The notes under the pieces: generated by a model | What the model was told of the DNA's origin: nothing | The model's input: the letters and a program-made list of their open reading frames with translations, nothing else | The model's database searches: none | Position numbers and translations under genes: made by a program | Assembly (NCBI GenBank): GCA_038123275.1 | Contig: JAYORG010000010.1 | Location: 278 to 64,277, forward strand | Length of the DNA: 64,000 bases | From: Rickettsiales bacterium | GTDB lineage: Bacteria; Pseudomonadota; Alphaproteobacteria; Rickettsiales; UBA1997 | Direction: 5' to 3' | Shown here: positions 47,508-55,259 of the stretch, in pieces | Numbering within the stretch: the stretch's first letter is position 1 | Layout of the letters: every line of letters begins with the position of its first letter

Positions 47508-49818
47508 ATCAAAAAAGAAGAAGGAAGAAGATGGGCTAGAAGGTTCTTCTTCTGAGAGCGAAAATGATTCTAAGTCTGATGCTGGTATAGAAGGTCTAGA
47601 GGTTAGTGAGTTAGCAAAATATCTTATTCATAGAGAAGAATCTCTTGCTGAAGTATCTAAAAAACAAAATCGTGAAAGACTTGCTCAAATAAAAGCTCAT
47701 GTTGCAAAAGGAAGTCATTTTGTTGTCATTGTATCAAAAGATCCAGAAACTCGTAAATTTACGTCAAAAAAAGGTGTAGATGAAGAACTTAGAAATCTAG
47801 CTATTGTTGGTGATAGTGCTGTTCCAGATTATCTTTATATACAAAATAAAGGCGATGCATCAAGTGGTCATTGGGATATAAATCATGGCAATAAGAAGAT
47901 TAGTACTGGAATGAGTGGAAATTCTTGTCAGTCTTATAGTGCAATAGAGATAGTTAGAAGATCTTCGTTTTCATTAGAAGTTGATGGTAAGGCTGGAAAA
48001 AAGACAAAAAAAGATAAAAAAACCATAATTAATGAACTTATTAATGCAAAAAATAGTAAAGGTAAGGGTTTATTTAGTAAAAAAGAGAAGAAGAAGTTAA
48101 AAGATTTTTTTAAAGAAAAATCTAGGGTAAGAAATAGTTCACTATCAGGAAGTTTGGTCAGAAAGTTTCAAGAGGCAATTTTTTTGTATGGCAGAACAGA
48201 GAAAAGTTTGGATGCTCAAGAGCGTCATAGACTAACTAAAGAAATAAGAAGAAGTGGTGTGCAAATAGAGATAGGATGTATTCGTCCAACATTAGAGAGA
48301 ATAGGAATTTTAGTTGCTGAAGCCAAAACTATATCAGAACTGAATCAATATGTATTAATGGCTGCAGGTGATGATGAAGAAGAAAAAGATCATTCACAAA
48401 AAGGATGCCAGCAAATATTAAATGATCCGGTATTAGTTGACTTATCTAATCACAGAAAAAGAGAATTATATAAATTGCTTGCTAAGTTGTCTTATTCTAA
48501 GGAAGGAGGTTTTTTTGCAAGTAATAGATCTACAGCAAAAAAATTAGCAGAAAGTGAGCTAGATTTATTAAAAAAATATTGCACAAAACAAGGCTTAGAA
48601 TGCAATAGTCTTTTAAAAGAAGCACAAAATGCAAGAAAGAAATATAAAAAGAATTTTCCTGAGATAGGTATTAAATTAATGCAATCTGGAAGATCTAAAC
48701 TGTTAAGCCCAGTATTTACTATTGGCAAAGCAAGTGGTTTGTCGAGTTATTTAAAGGAATTAAATAGAGATGATAATATTACTGTTAAAAAAAGAAAAGA
48801 TGGATCTTATTATTGTTATCCTTCTGGGGATTGGGGGTCTTTTTCTGTTTGTTTAACCAGAATCTTAGAAAAGTTAGGAGATAATTGTCAAATATCTGTA
48901 GAAGATGCTACAAAAATTCATAGCTATTATAAAAAAAATAGAATGTTTATTAATCCAGATGATAAGAAATGGAAGGTTTTTGATAGAGGTTTTGAGCATT
49001 TTCTTACCGTTGCTAATGATGGAGCTGGGTTTACAAAACTAGAATTACTAGACCCTTTGCCGCCTAAGAGTGAGTCAAAATATGAATCATCTAGTAGTGA
49101 GTCAGATAGTGATAGATCTGATAGTGGTGATGATAGCCCATCAACATCTACTAGCTTAATATCTTCAAAAGTATTTGATGCATTTAATGGTACTGAATAT
49201 GAAGAGGAGGCATTTGATGCGCTACATGATAATTCAGATAATGAAGAAGAGTTAAGAACATTTAGAAAACAAGAAGAGAATTTTGTTGCTAAAAAGAAGA
49301 GTATTAATAGAGAGTTAAATAGCTCATTAAGAGCTAGCAATCCTGGAGAGTTTGCTGAATTTTTAAATCCATCACGACGTAGATATAGCGGTATTGGAGC
49401 AAAGGCTACCATTGCTTATGATGGTTATAATCAGCAATGGGTTTTTACTATTCAAAGTGTTGTATCAGGTGGACCTGCTGATAGAATGGAATTAGGCAAG
49501 GGTAGTGAAAGTGAAATAAGAGTAAATATATCAGATTTAAAAGATTTAAAAAATCCTTTGGATGAAAATAACTCTTTAAAGCATGCTGTAAGTTATATTA
49601 GATGGTATGGGGTTAAAAAACAAGGTGATCATTTAGTGCCAGATATAGTTCCTGAGGGAAAATTAAGCCCTTATAAAACTGCAATTTTTGAGAGGGATCG
49701 AAGTAGTTTTCTTGATAAGAAATATAAATTGAGTAAAGGTAAAGATGTATGTAGATCTAGTGTTCCTTCTTTTAAATCTAAGTCAGCAGAGAGTGGTTAT
49801 TTGTCTTCTTCATGGTAG
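47482..49818 (+). CDS. Large uncharacterised protein sharing the PDZ-like C-terminal module of the 1498-aa protein (probable effector); start uncertain, possibly fused to the upstream ankyrin ORF
   Basis: 778-aa ORF. Its frame is already open from 47443 and it overlaps the ankyrin ORF by 26 nt. The C-terminus YSGIGAKATI...VSGGPADRMELGKGSESEIRV...YIRWYGVKKQGDHL...SSVPSFKSKSAESGYLSS parallels the P1 C-terminus. Confidence 0.7.
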   Translation: MQIEEKGDKSKKKKEEDGLEGSSSESENDSKSDAGIEGLEVSELAKYLIHREESLAEVSKKQNRERLAQIKAHVAKGSHFVVIVSKDPETRKFTSKKGVDEELRNLAIVGDSAVPDYLYIQNKGDASSGHWDINHGNKKISTGMSGNSCQSYSAIEIVRRSSFSLEVDGKAGKKTKKDKKTIINELINAKNSKGKGLFSKKEKKKLKDFFKEKSRVRNSSLSGSLVRKFQEAIFLYGRTEKSLDAQERHRLTKEIRRSGVQIEIGCIRPTLERIGILVAEAKTISELNQYVLMAAGDDEEEKDHSQKGCQQILNDPVLVDLSNHRKRELYKLLAKLSYSKEGGFFASNRSTAKKLAESELDLLKKYCTKQGLECNSLLKEAQNARKKYKKNFPEIGIKLMQSGRSKLLSPVFTIGKASGLSSYLKELNRDDNITVKKRKDGSYYCYPSGDWGSFSVCLTRILEKLGDNCQISVEDATKIHSYYKKNRMFINPDDKKWKVFDRGFEHFLTVANDGAGFTKLELLDPLPPKSESKYESSSSESDSDRSDSGDDSPSTSTSLISSKVFDAFNGTEYEEEAFDALHDNSDNEEELRTFRKQEENFVAKKKSINRELNSSLRASNPGEFAEFLNPSRRRYSGIGAKATIAYDGYNQQWVFTIQSVVSGGPADRMELGKGSESEIRVNISDLKDLKNPLDENNSLKHAVSYIRWYGVKKQGDHLVPDIVPEGKLSPYKTAIFERDRSSFLDKKYKLSKGKDVCRSSVPSFKSKSAESGYLSSSW

Positions 49819-49928
49819 TTGTGAATTATATTATATTTAAGTAAAATTATTTAATAAAGATTAGTTGACTTAGGTAAGTTTGTTATTAAAAATATAATTT
49901 TATTTATTAACTTAAAATCATATTACTT

Positions 49929-50015
49929 ATGAAACTATTATTAAAAACATCATTATTTCTAGCTTTAATTTCTCTATCTGCTTGTATCGATATTCCATTT
50001 ATTCCTGGAATATAA
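49929..50015 (+). CDS. Possible 28-aa lipoprotein
   Basis: MKLLLKTSLFLALISLSACIDIPFIPGI has a classical signal peptide plus lipobox LSAC. It is very short and no family was recognised. Confidence 0.3.
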   Translation: MKLLLKTSLFLALISLSACIDIPFIPGI

Positions 50016-50045
50016 ACCATTACGTTATAAATAATTGTTATCGAA

Positions 50046-50132
50046 GAATTTAGAATCTCTTAGTTATCAAAGATAACTAAGAGATTCTTGCATAAAGGAT
50101 CTCACGAAACGAGTGAGGGAGTTAATTTTGGC
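50046..50132 (+). repeat. Palindromic element, 5'-truncated half-element with tail
   Basis: GAATTTAGAATCTCTTAGTTATCAAAGATAACTAAGAGATTCTTGCATAAAGGATCTCACGAAACGAGTGAGGGAGTTAATTTTGGC, with a perfect 16-bp central stem. Confidence 0.85.
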
Positions 50133-50172
50133 TTAAGGATGTCAAGCTATTGTAATACAATATAAGTAACAC

Positions 50173-50349
50173 GTCATCCTGAATTTAGAACCTCTTAGTT
50201 ATCTTTGATAACTTAGAGGTTCTTGCATGAAGGATCTCACGAAACGAGTGGAGGGGTTGATTTTGGCTAATGTTTCTTGGGGTGAGATACTTCATATAAG
50301 AACTTCTAAGAAATCAAAGATTTCTAAGAAGTTCTAAATTCAGCATGAC
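50173..50349. repeat. Full-length composite palindromic element, 177 bp, ending 44 nt from the ileS stop codon
   Basis: Left end GTCATCCTGAATTTAGAACCTCTTAG. The reverse complement of the right end is GTCATGCTGAATTTAGAACTTCTTAG (24/26). Central GGATCTCACGAAACGAGTGGAGGGGTTGATTTTGGCTAATGTTTCTTGGGGTGAGATAC. Confidence 0.88.
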
Positions 50350-50393
50350 AAGCAGTGCTACAATAAGAAATATTATCCTGTTCTTTAAGAGTT

Positions 50394-52883
50394 TTATTTA
50401 AGATCTTTCCAGACTTTTTCGGTTGTAAATGGTAAAATAGGGCTAAAAGCTTCGCATATTGTGAGCAAAATAGTGTATAAAACATCGTAAGCTTCTTGTT
50501 TATCTGTGTCAATCTCACTTTTCCAGAAGCGATTTCTATTTCTTCTAATGTACCAATTATTTAAAGTTTCAAAGAATTTATTAAATTCTTCACAAGGCTT
50601 AACGGTATCGTAATTCTCTAACCCATCATCTATATTTTTAACTGCTTCTTTTAGTTTGGCTAAAATGTAAAGATCCATAGTGTTTTTTAAGTTTTTTGTA
50701 TTGCTAATTCTATTAGCTTTAATGCCATCACTATTAGCATAAAGACAAAAGAAGTTATAGGCATTAATAAGAGGCTTAATGGATAATCTTAAAGTGTCTT
50801 TAATGGCTTTTCCTTCTTTGTCAATTCTAAGTTCTTGACCTTTCATAACGGGAGTTGAAGACATATAAAAACGCATTGCATCACTTCCTAAATTTTTAAA
50901 AATATCTAAAGGATCGGCATAGTTTTTTAATCTTTTAGAAAGTTTTTGTGATTTTTCATCTAATATTGTGCCATGACAAATTACATTTTTAAATGGTGGT
51001 TTTTTAAATAAGGCTGTGGATAAAACAACTAAAGTATAAAACCAGCCACGAGTTTGGGCAGCATATTCGGTAATAAAATCTGCAGGAAAATTATCTTCAA
51101 ACCATTGTTTATTTTCAAATGGATAATGAGCTTGAGCATAAGGCATAGAACCACTTTCAAACCAGCAATCAAGTACATCTTTTACTCGAATCATTTTTGA
51201 TTTTCCAGTTGGGTCATCTGGATTAGGGCGAGTAAGGTTGTCAATATAAGGGCGATGTAAATTATCTGGTCTAACTCCAAAATCTTTTTGAATATCGTCA
51301 AGAGAACCATAAACATCAATTCTAGGATATGATGGATCATCACTTTTCCATACTGGAACTGGACATCCCCAAAAACGATTTCTACTAATTGACCAATCTC
51401 TAGCACCTTCAAGCCATTTTCCAAATTGACCATCTTTAATATGACCAGGGATCCAATTAATTTCTTGATTGGCTTTAATCATGTCATCTTTAATGTCTGT
51501 GACTTTAACATACCAAGATGATACAGCTTTATAAATAAGAGGTGTGTCGGTTCTCCAGCAATGTGGATAATTATGTAAATATTGCTGGGTTTTTAGCCAA
51601 TTATTAGTAATTTTAAGATATTTTATGATGTCATCATTAGTTTCAAAAACTTGTTTACCTTTAATTGATAAATCTTTGATATCAAACATTTCATTAGTAA
51701 ACTTACCAGCTGCATCAACAGGGCAAAGGGTTGGAATATTATTATTTTTTGATAATATTTGATCATCTTCACCAAAGCCAGGGGCAATATGAACAATTCC
51801 AGTTCCTTCTTCAGTATTTACAAAATCTCCATGAAGAATTGTAAAACAGTTTTTAGATTCTTTCACTTTTTCATTCTTTTCTAGATAAGGGAAGAGTGGG
51901 GTGTATTTTAAACCAAGAAGGTCAGATCCTTTTAGATTAGAAATAATATTAACTTCTTCACCAAATTCTTTTTTATACTTATTAATAGCGTTTTTAGCTA
52001 GAATTAAGGTTTCGTTTTTGTGGTTAATTGCAACATATTCTATATTTTTATTAATAGCTAAAGCTAGATTTGATGGCAATGTCCATGGAGTTGTGCTCCA
52101 TGCCAATAAATATATTTTGTTTTTTAATCCTTTTAGAGCTTCTTTTAATTCAAACTTAATGGTTACCGCTTTACTTTCTTTTTGACGATAAGAGTTATCC
52201 ATTTTAGTTTCAAAGTTAGAAAGAGGGGTTTGGCATTTCCAGGAATAAGGAACAACACGATAATCTTCATACATTAAACCTTTTTTATGTAGCTCTTTAA
52301 AGGCCCATAAGACAGATTCCATATAATTAATATCCATAGTTTTATAACCATGCTCAAAATCAACCCATCTTCCTTGACGGTTAACATAGTTTTTCCAGTC
52401 AGAGGCATATTTCATGACGGAATCTTCGCAAGATTTATTAAATTTGCCAATTCCATATTCATTAATGGAAATTTGTCCTGAAACTCCTAAAGTTTTTTCT
52501 GTTTCCATTTCAACAGGAAGGCCATGTGTGTCCCAGCCAAATTTTCTTTCAACTTTTTTACCTTTTATGGTTTGATAACGAGCAAAAATATCTTTAATAT
52601 AGCCAGTTAATAGATGACCATAATGCGGTAAACCATTAGCAAAGGGAGGGCCATCATAAAAAACAAATTCATTATTTTCTATTTTGTCATGATCATGATT
52701 TGGGTTATTGCAGCAAGTTTTGGGAGAAACATTATCCTCTTCATCTTCTAGGGCAGAAAAATCTCTATTTTCAATTGATTTCTCAAAAATTTTATTTTCT
52801 TGCCAAAATTTTAATATTTCTTCTTCTGATTTGCTAAAATCAAAATTTTGATTAGGCTGTGGGTAATAAGATTCTTTTGTCAT
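50394..52883 (-). CDS. ileS: Isoleucine--tRNA ligase, eukaryote-like (type 2), apparently lacking the C-terminal domain
   Basis: PPFANGLPHYGHLLTGYIKD and FGWDTHGLPVE (type 2 style), an editing domain and KLSKR (KMSKS). The ORF ends at ...SPILPFTTEKVWKDLK, only about 180 aa after KMSKS. Confidence 0.85.
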   Translation of the reverse strand: MTKESYYPQPNQNFDFSKSEEEILKFWQENKIFEKSIENRDFSALEDEEDNVSPKTCCNNPNHDHDKIENNEFVFYDGPPFANGLPHYGHLLTGYIKDIFARYQTIKGKKVERKFGWDTHGLPVEMETEKTLGVSGQISINEYGIGKFNKSCEDSVMKYASDWKNYVNRQGRWVDFEHGYKTMDINYMESVLWAFKELHKKGLMYEDYRVVPYSWKCQTPLSNFETKMDNSYRQKESKAVTIKFELKEALKGLKNKIYLLAWSTTPWTLPSNLALAINKNIEYVAINHKNETLILAKNAINKYKKEFGEEVNIISNLKGSDLLGLKYTPLFPYLEKNEKVKESKNCFTILHGDFVNTEEGTGIVHIAPGFGEDDQILSKNNNIPTLCPVDAAGKFTNEMFDIKDLSIKGKQVFETNDDIIKYLKITNNWLKTQQYLHNYPHCWRTDTPLIYKAVSSWYVKVTDIKDDMIKANQEINWIPGHIKDGQFGKWLEGARDWSISRNRFWGCPVPVWKSDDPSYPRIDVYGSLDDIQKDFGVRPDNLHRPYIDNLTRPNPDDPTGKSKMIRVKDVLDCWFESGSMPYAQAHYPFENKQWFEDNFPADFITEYAAQTRGWFYTLVVLSTALFKKPPFKNVICHGTILDEKSQKLSKRLKNYADPLDIFKNLGSDAMRFYMSSTPVMKGQELRIDKEGKAIKDTLRLSIKPLINAYNFFCLYANSDGIKANRISNTKNLKNTMDLYILAKLKEAVKNIDDGLENYDTVKPCEEFNKFFETLNNWYIRRNRNRFWKSEIDTDKQEAYDVLYTILLTICEAFSPILPFTTEKVWKDLK

Positions 52884-52953
52884 TTAATTTTAATTTATTC
52901 ATCTAGCACAAATTAAAGAATATAAGTTAATGTTTTAACACTTATTTTTTTTT

Positions 52954-53022
52954 CGTGAGATCCTTCATATAAGAAACTTTAAATTATCAAAGATGATTAA
53001 AATTTTCTAAATTCAGGATGAC
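52954..53022 (-). repeat. Palindromic intergenic element (half-element), between the divergent ileS and hom genes
   Basis: Reverse complement reads GTCATCCTGAATTTAGAAAATTTTAATCATCTTTGATAATTTAAAGTTTCTTATATGAAGGATCTCACG. Confidence 0.8.
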
Positions 53023-53123
53023 ATTATTTTGCTTAAGCAAAATAAAAAAACAACTTGAATTTAACGAATTATTTAATACGCTTTCCAGCGTCTTTAAATT
53101 GTGTGTTAATAAATTATAAAATC

Positions 53124-54407
53124 ATGAAAGAAACTTTGAATATTGCCATTGCTGGTCTTGGTGTTGTTGGTGGAGGGGTCTATGATATCCTTACTAAAGA
53201 AGTAGATATGCTCAATAAGAGATCAAAGAAAAATATTAAGCTAGTTGGTGTTGCTTCAAGAAGTAAAAAAGATTTTGTTGATGAGGATAATATTAAATAT
53301 CATGATAATGTGTTAGATTTAGCAAATGACAATGACATTGATATAATAGTAGAAACAATTGGTGGAGATGGTATTGCTTATGAGTTGTGTAAGAAATCTT
53401 TAAAGAATGGCAAGCATTTTGTAACTGCCAATAAAGCAATGATTGCGTTAAGAGGCTCAGAGTTAGCTGACTTGGCATCAAGAAATAATGTTGCTTTATG
53501 TTTTGAATCTGCGGTTGCTGGTGCAATTCCAATTTTAAAATCTCTAAAGGAAGGTTTAGCTGCTAATCAAGTTAATAAGCTTTACGGTATTTTAAACGGA
53601 ACTTGTAATTATATTTTAACCAAGATGGAAGATGATAATCTTGCTTTTGATGTTGCTTTAAAACAAGCACAAGAATTAGGTTATGCAGAGGCTGATCCAG
53701 CTTTTGATATTGGAAATATTGATGCTGCTCATAAGTTAGCAATTTTAGCAGCTATAGCTAAAAATTCAGAGTTAGATTTTGAAGCATTGCATATTGAAGG
53801 CATTACTAAAGTTTCAATTGATGATATTAGATTTGCTGCTGAGTTTGGTTATAAAATTAAATCTTTAGGTATTTTTGAGGATGTTGGTGAAAATAAAATA
53901 AAGCAGTCAGTCTATCCTGCTTTAATTAAAAAAGAAGAGAAGATTGCTATGGTGGATGACTCTTATAATGCAATTCTTAGTCTTGGAAATAATTCTGAAT
54001 GGAATTTTCAAGTTGGTAGAGGGGCAGGGGCAAAGCCAACAGCAAGTGCTGTAGTTGCTGATATTTTAGATATTTCAAATAGTAGAGATAGCTTTCCATT
54101 TGGTTGTGATATTAAAGATTTAAAATCAATTAAAACCGCACAAATTAGTGAGAGAGTTGGAAGATATTATTTAAGATTTAATGTTGAAAAGAACTTTGCT
54201 AAAGATGAAGAGTTTTTAGGTAAAATATTTTCTAAGCCTGAAATTGTTGAGCAGTCAATAATTAAAGAATTTAACGAAGAAACTTTAATTTATGCTTTGA
54301 AAATAAGTGAAATAGAAGAGTCTGAAATTAACCAAACTTTATCTAAAATAGACGGTTTCCAACAAATTAGCGATGTTAATTTAATTAGAATTGAAGATAT
54401 AGTATAA
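53124..54407 (+). CDS. hom: Homoserine dehydrogenase with C-terminal ACT-like domain
   Basis: IAIAGLGVVGGGV, GILNGTCNYILTKM and DPAFDIGNIDAAHK. The track start at 53055 is TTG, so the ATG at 53124 is preferred. Confidence 0.88.
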   Translation: MKETLNIAIAGLGVVGGGVYDILTKEVDMLNKRSKKNIKLVGVASRSKKDFVDEDNIKYHDNVLDLANDNDIDIIVETIGGDGIAYELCKKSLKNGKHFVTANKAMIALRGSELADLASRNNVALCFESAVAGAIPILKSLKEGLAANQVNKLYGILNGTCNYILTKMEDDNLAFDVALKQAQELGYAEADPAFDIGNIDAAHKLAILAAIAKNSELDFEALHIEGITKVSIDDIRFAAEFGYKIKSLGIFEDVGENKIKQSVYPALIKKEEKIAMVDDSYNAILSLGNNSEWNFQVGRGAGAKPTASAVVADILDISNSRDSFPFGCDIKDLKSIKTAQISERVGRYYLRFNVEKNFAKDEEFLGKIFSKPEIVEQSIIKEFNEETLIYALKISEIEESEINQTLSKIDGFQQISDVNLIRIEDIV

Positions 54408-54428
54408 TAGCAAATTATACTTATGCTC

Positions 54429-55187
54429 TTAAAGTATTGATTTTAATATATTGCTTGAAGAAGAAGCCCATCTATCCTTGTTTAATAAATAATTATCAGG
54501 ATTAAATCTTCTGTTAAATGCAATGGTTATGTTCCTAAACTCTTCATCGAAATCATTGTTTAGATTATCTATTTTATATCCAAAATTACTTAAATCTTTT
54601 TTAATTTGAGCTATCTCTTTATTTTGATCTCCTAATTTAAATAATATTTTATTATTATTTAATTTTGTGTCTTTCTTGGGCCAAATTCCTATGCCATTTT
54701 TAGCAAAATATTTCCATGGAAATAGATGACTTGGATCATCTTTGCGATTTAAAAATCCACTTTCCTTATTATATGCAATGTCGCCATGCCCAACTATATT
54801 TTTTTGTAAAATTTTATGTGTTTTAATAATATTTTGACATAATTTAATGCCAGATTCTATTTGTTTTTCATTAAATCCTGATTGATAAGGGTCTGTACTA
54901 AAAAATTCAATTCCAATTGATGATTTATTTAAGTTAAATTCACCATTCCAGAAGCTAATACCAGCATGATAAGCTATATTTTGTTCACTAACTAACTGAA
55001 AAATATTTCCGTCTTCATCTATGAGATAATGCGAGCTAACTTTATGCTTTTTTAGCTCTTTAATAGCGCTTTGAATATTTTTATCAGCAATATGGTGTAA
55101 TACTAGATATTTTATTTTTCTACTTGATGATTTAGTAAAAAAACTTTCAAATAATTCTGACTTATTTATAGGTAGTGATTTAACCAT
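54429..55187 (-). CDS. N-acetylmuramoyl-L-alanine amidase (Amidase_2/AmpD-like) with C-terminal peptidoglycan-binding-like repeat
   Basis: LVLHHIA...SSHYLIDEDGNIFQLV...AYHAGIS.W..........SIGIEF...GHGDIA and a C-terminal IAQIKKDLSNFGY segment. Confidence 0.8.
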   Translation of the reverse strand: MVKSLPINKSELFESFFTKSSSRKIKYLVLHHIADKNIQSAIKELKKHKVSSHYLIDEDGNIFQLVSEQNIAYHAGISFWNGEFNLNKSSIGIEFFSTDPYQSGFNEKQIESGIKLCQNIIKTHKILQKNIVGHGDIAYNKESGFLNRKDDPSHLFPWKYFAKNGIGIWPKKDTKLNNNKILFKLGDQNKEIAQIKKDLSNFGYKIDNLNNDFDEEFRNITIAFNRRFNPDNYLLNKDRWASSSSNILKSIL

Positions 55188-55259
55188 TTGATTTGACTTA
55201 TTAGAAAATTATTAATAATCTGTTTGCTTTAAAAAATATATTAAACACCCAAAATAAAT

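Noticed and set aside
47860-47931. Possible cysteine-protease (CE-clan/Ulp1-like) catalytic site in the 778-aa protein: SGHWDINHGNKKISTGMSGNSCQSY preceded by a beta-strand-like FVVIVSK
   Set aside because: The His-to-Cys spacing is only about 20 aa, with no clear intervening Asp/Glu or Gln oxyanion residue at the expected distances. Motif resemblance alone is too weak, and it needs a profile or structure search before being claimed.
50324-50518. 64-aa minus-strand ORF overlapping the ileS 3' end
   Set aside because: It runs out of frame across the last 125 nt of ileS and into a palindromic repeat element (it ends in the element head, CHAEFRTS). I considered it as a frameshifted continuation of ileS, but it has no similarity to IleRS C-terminal sequence.
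15396-53022. Palindromic repeat family as a CRISPR array or as tRNA/sRNA genes
   Set aside because: The copies are dispersed over 38 kb, not regularly spaced with unique spacers, and no cas genes are present. No cloverleaf or known RNA-family motif is visible. MITE/REP-like elements fit better.
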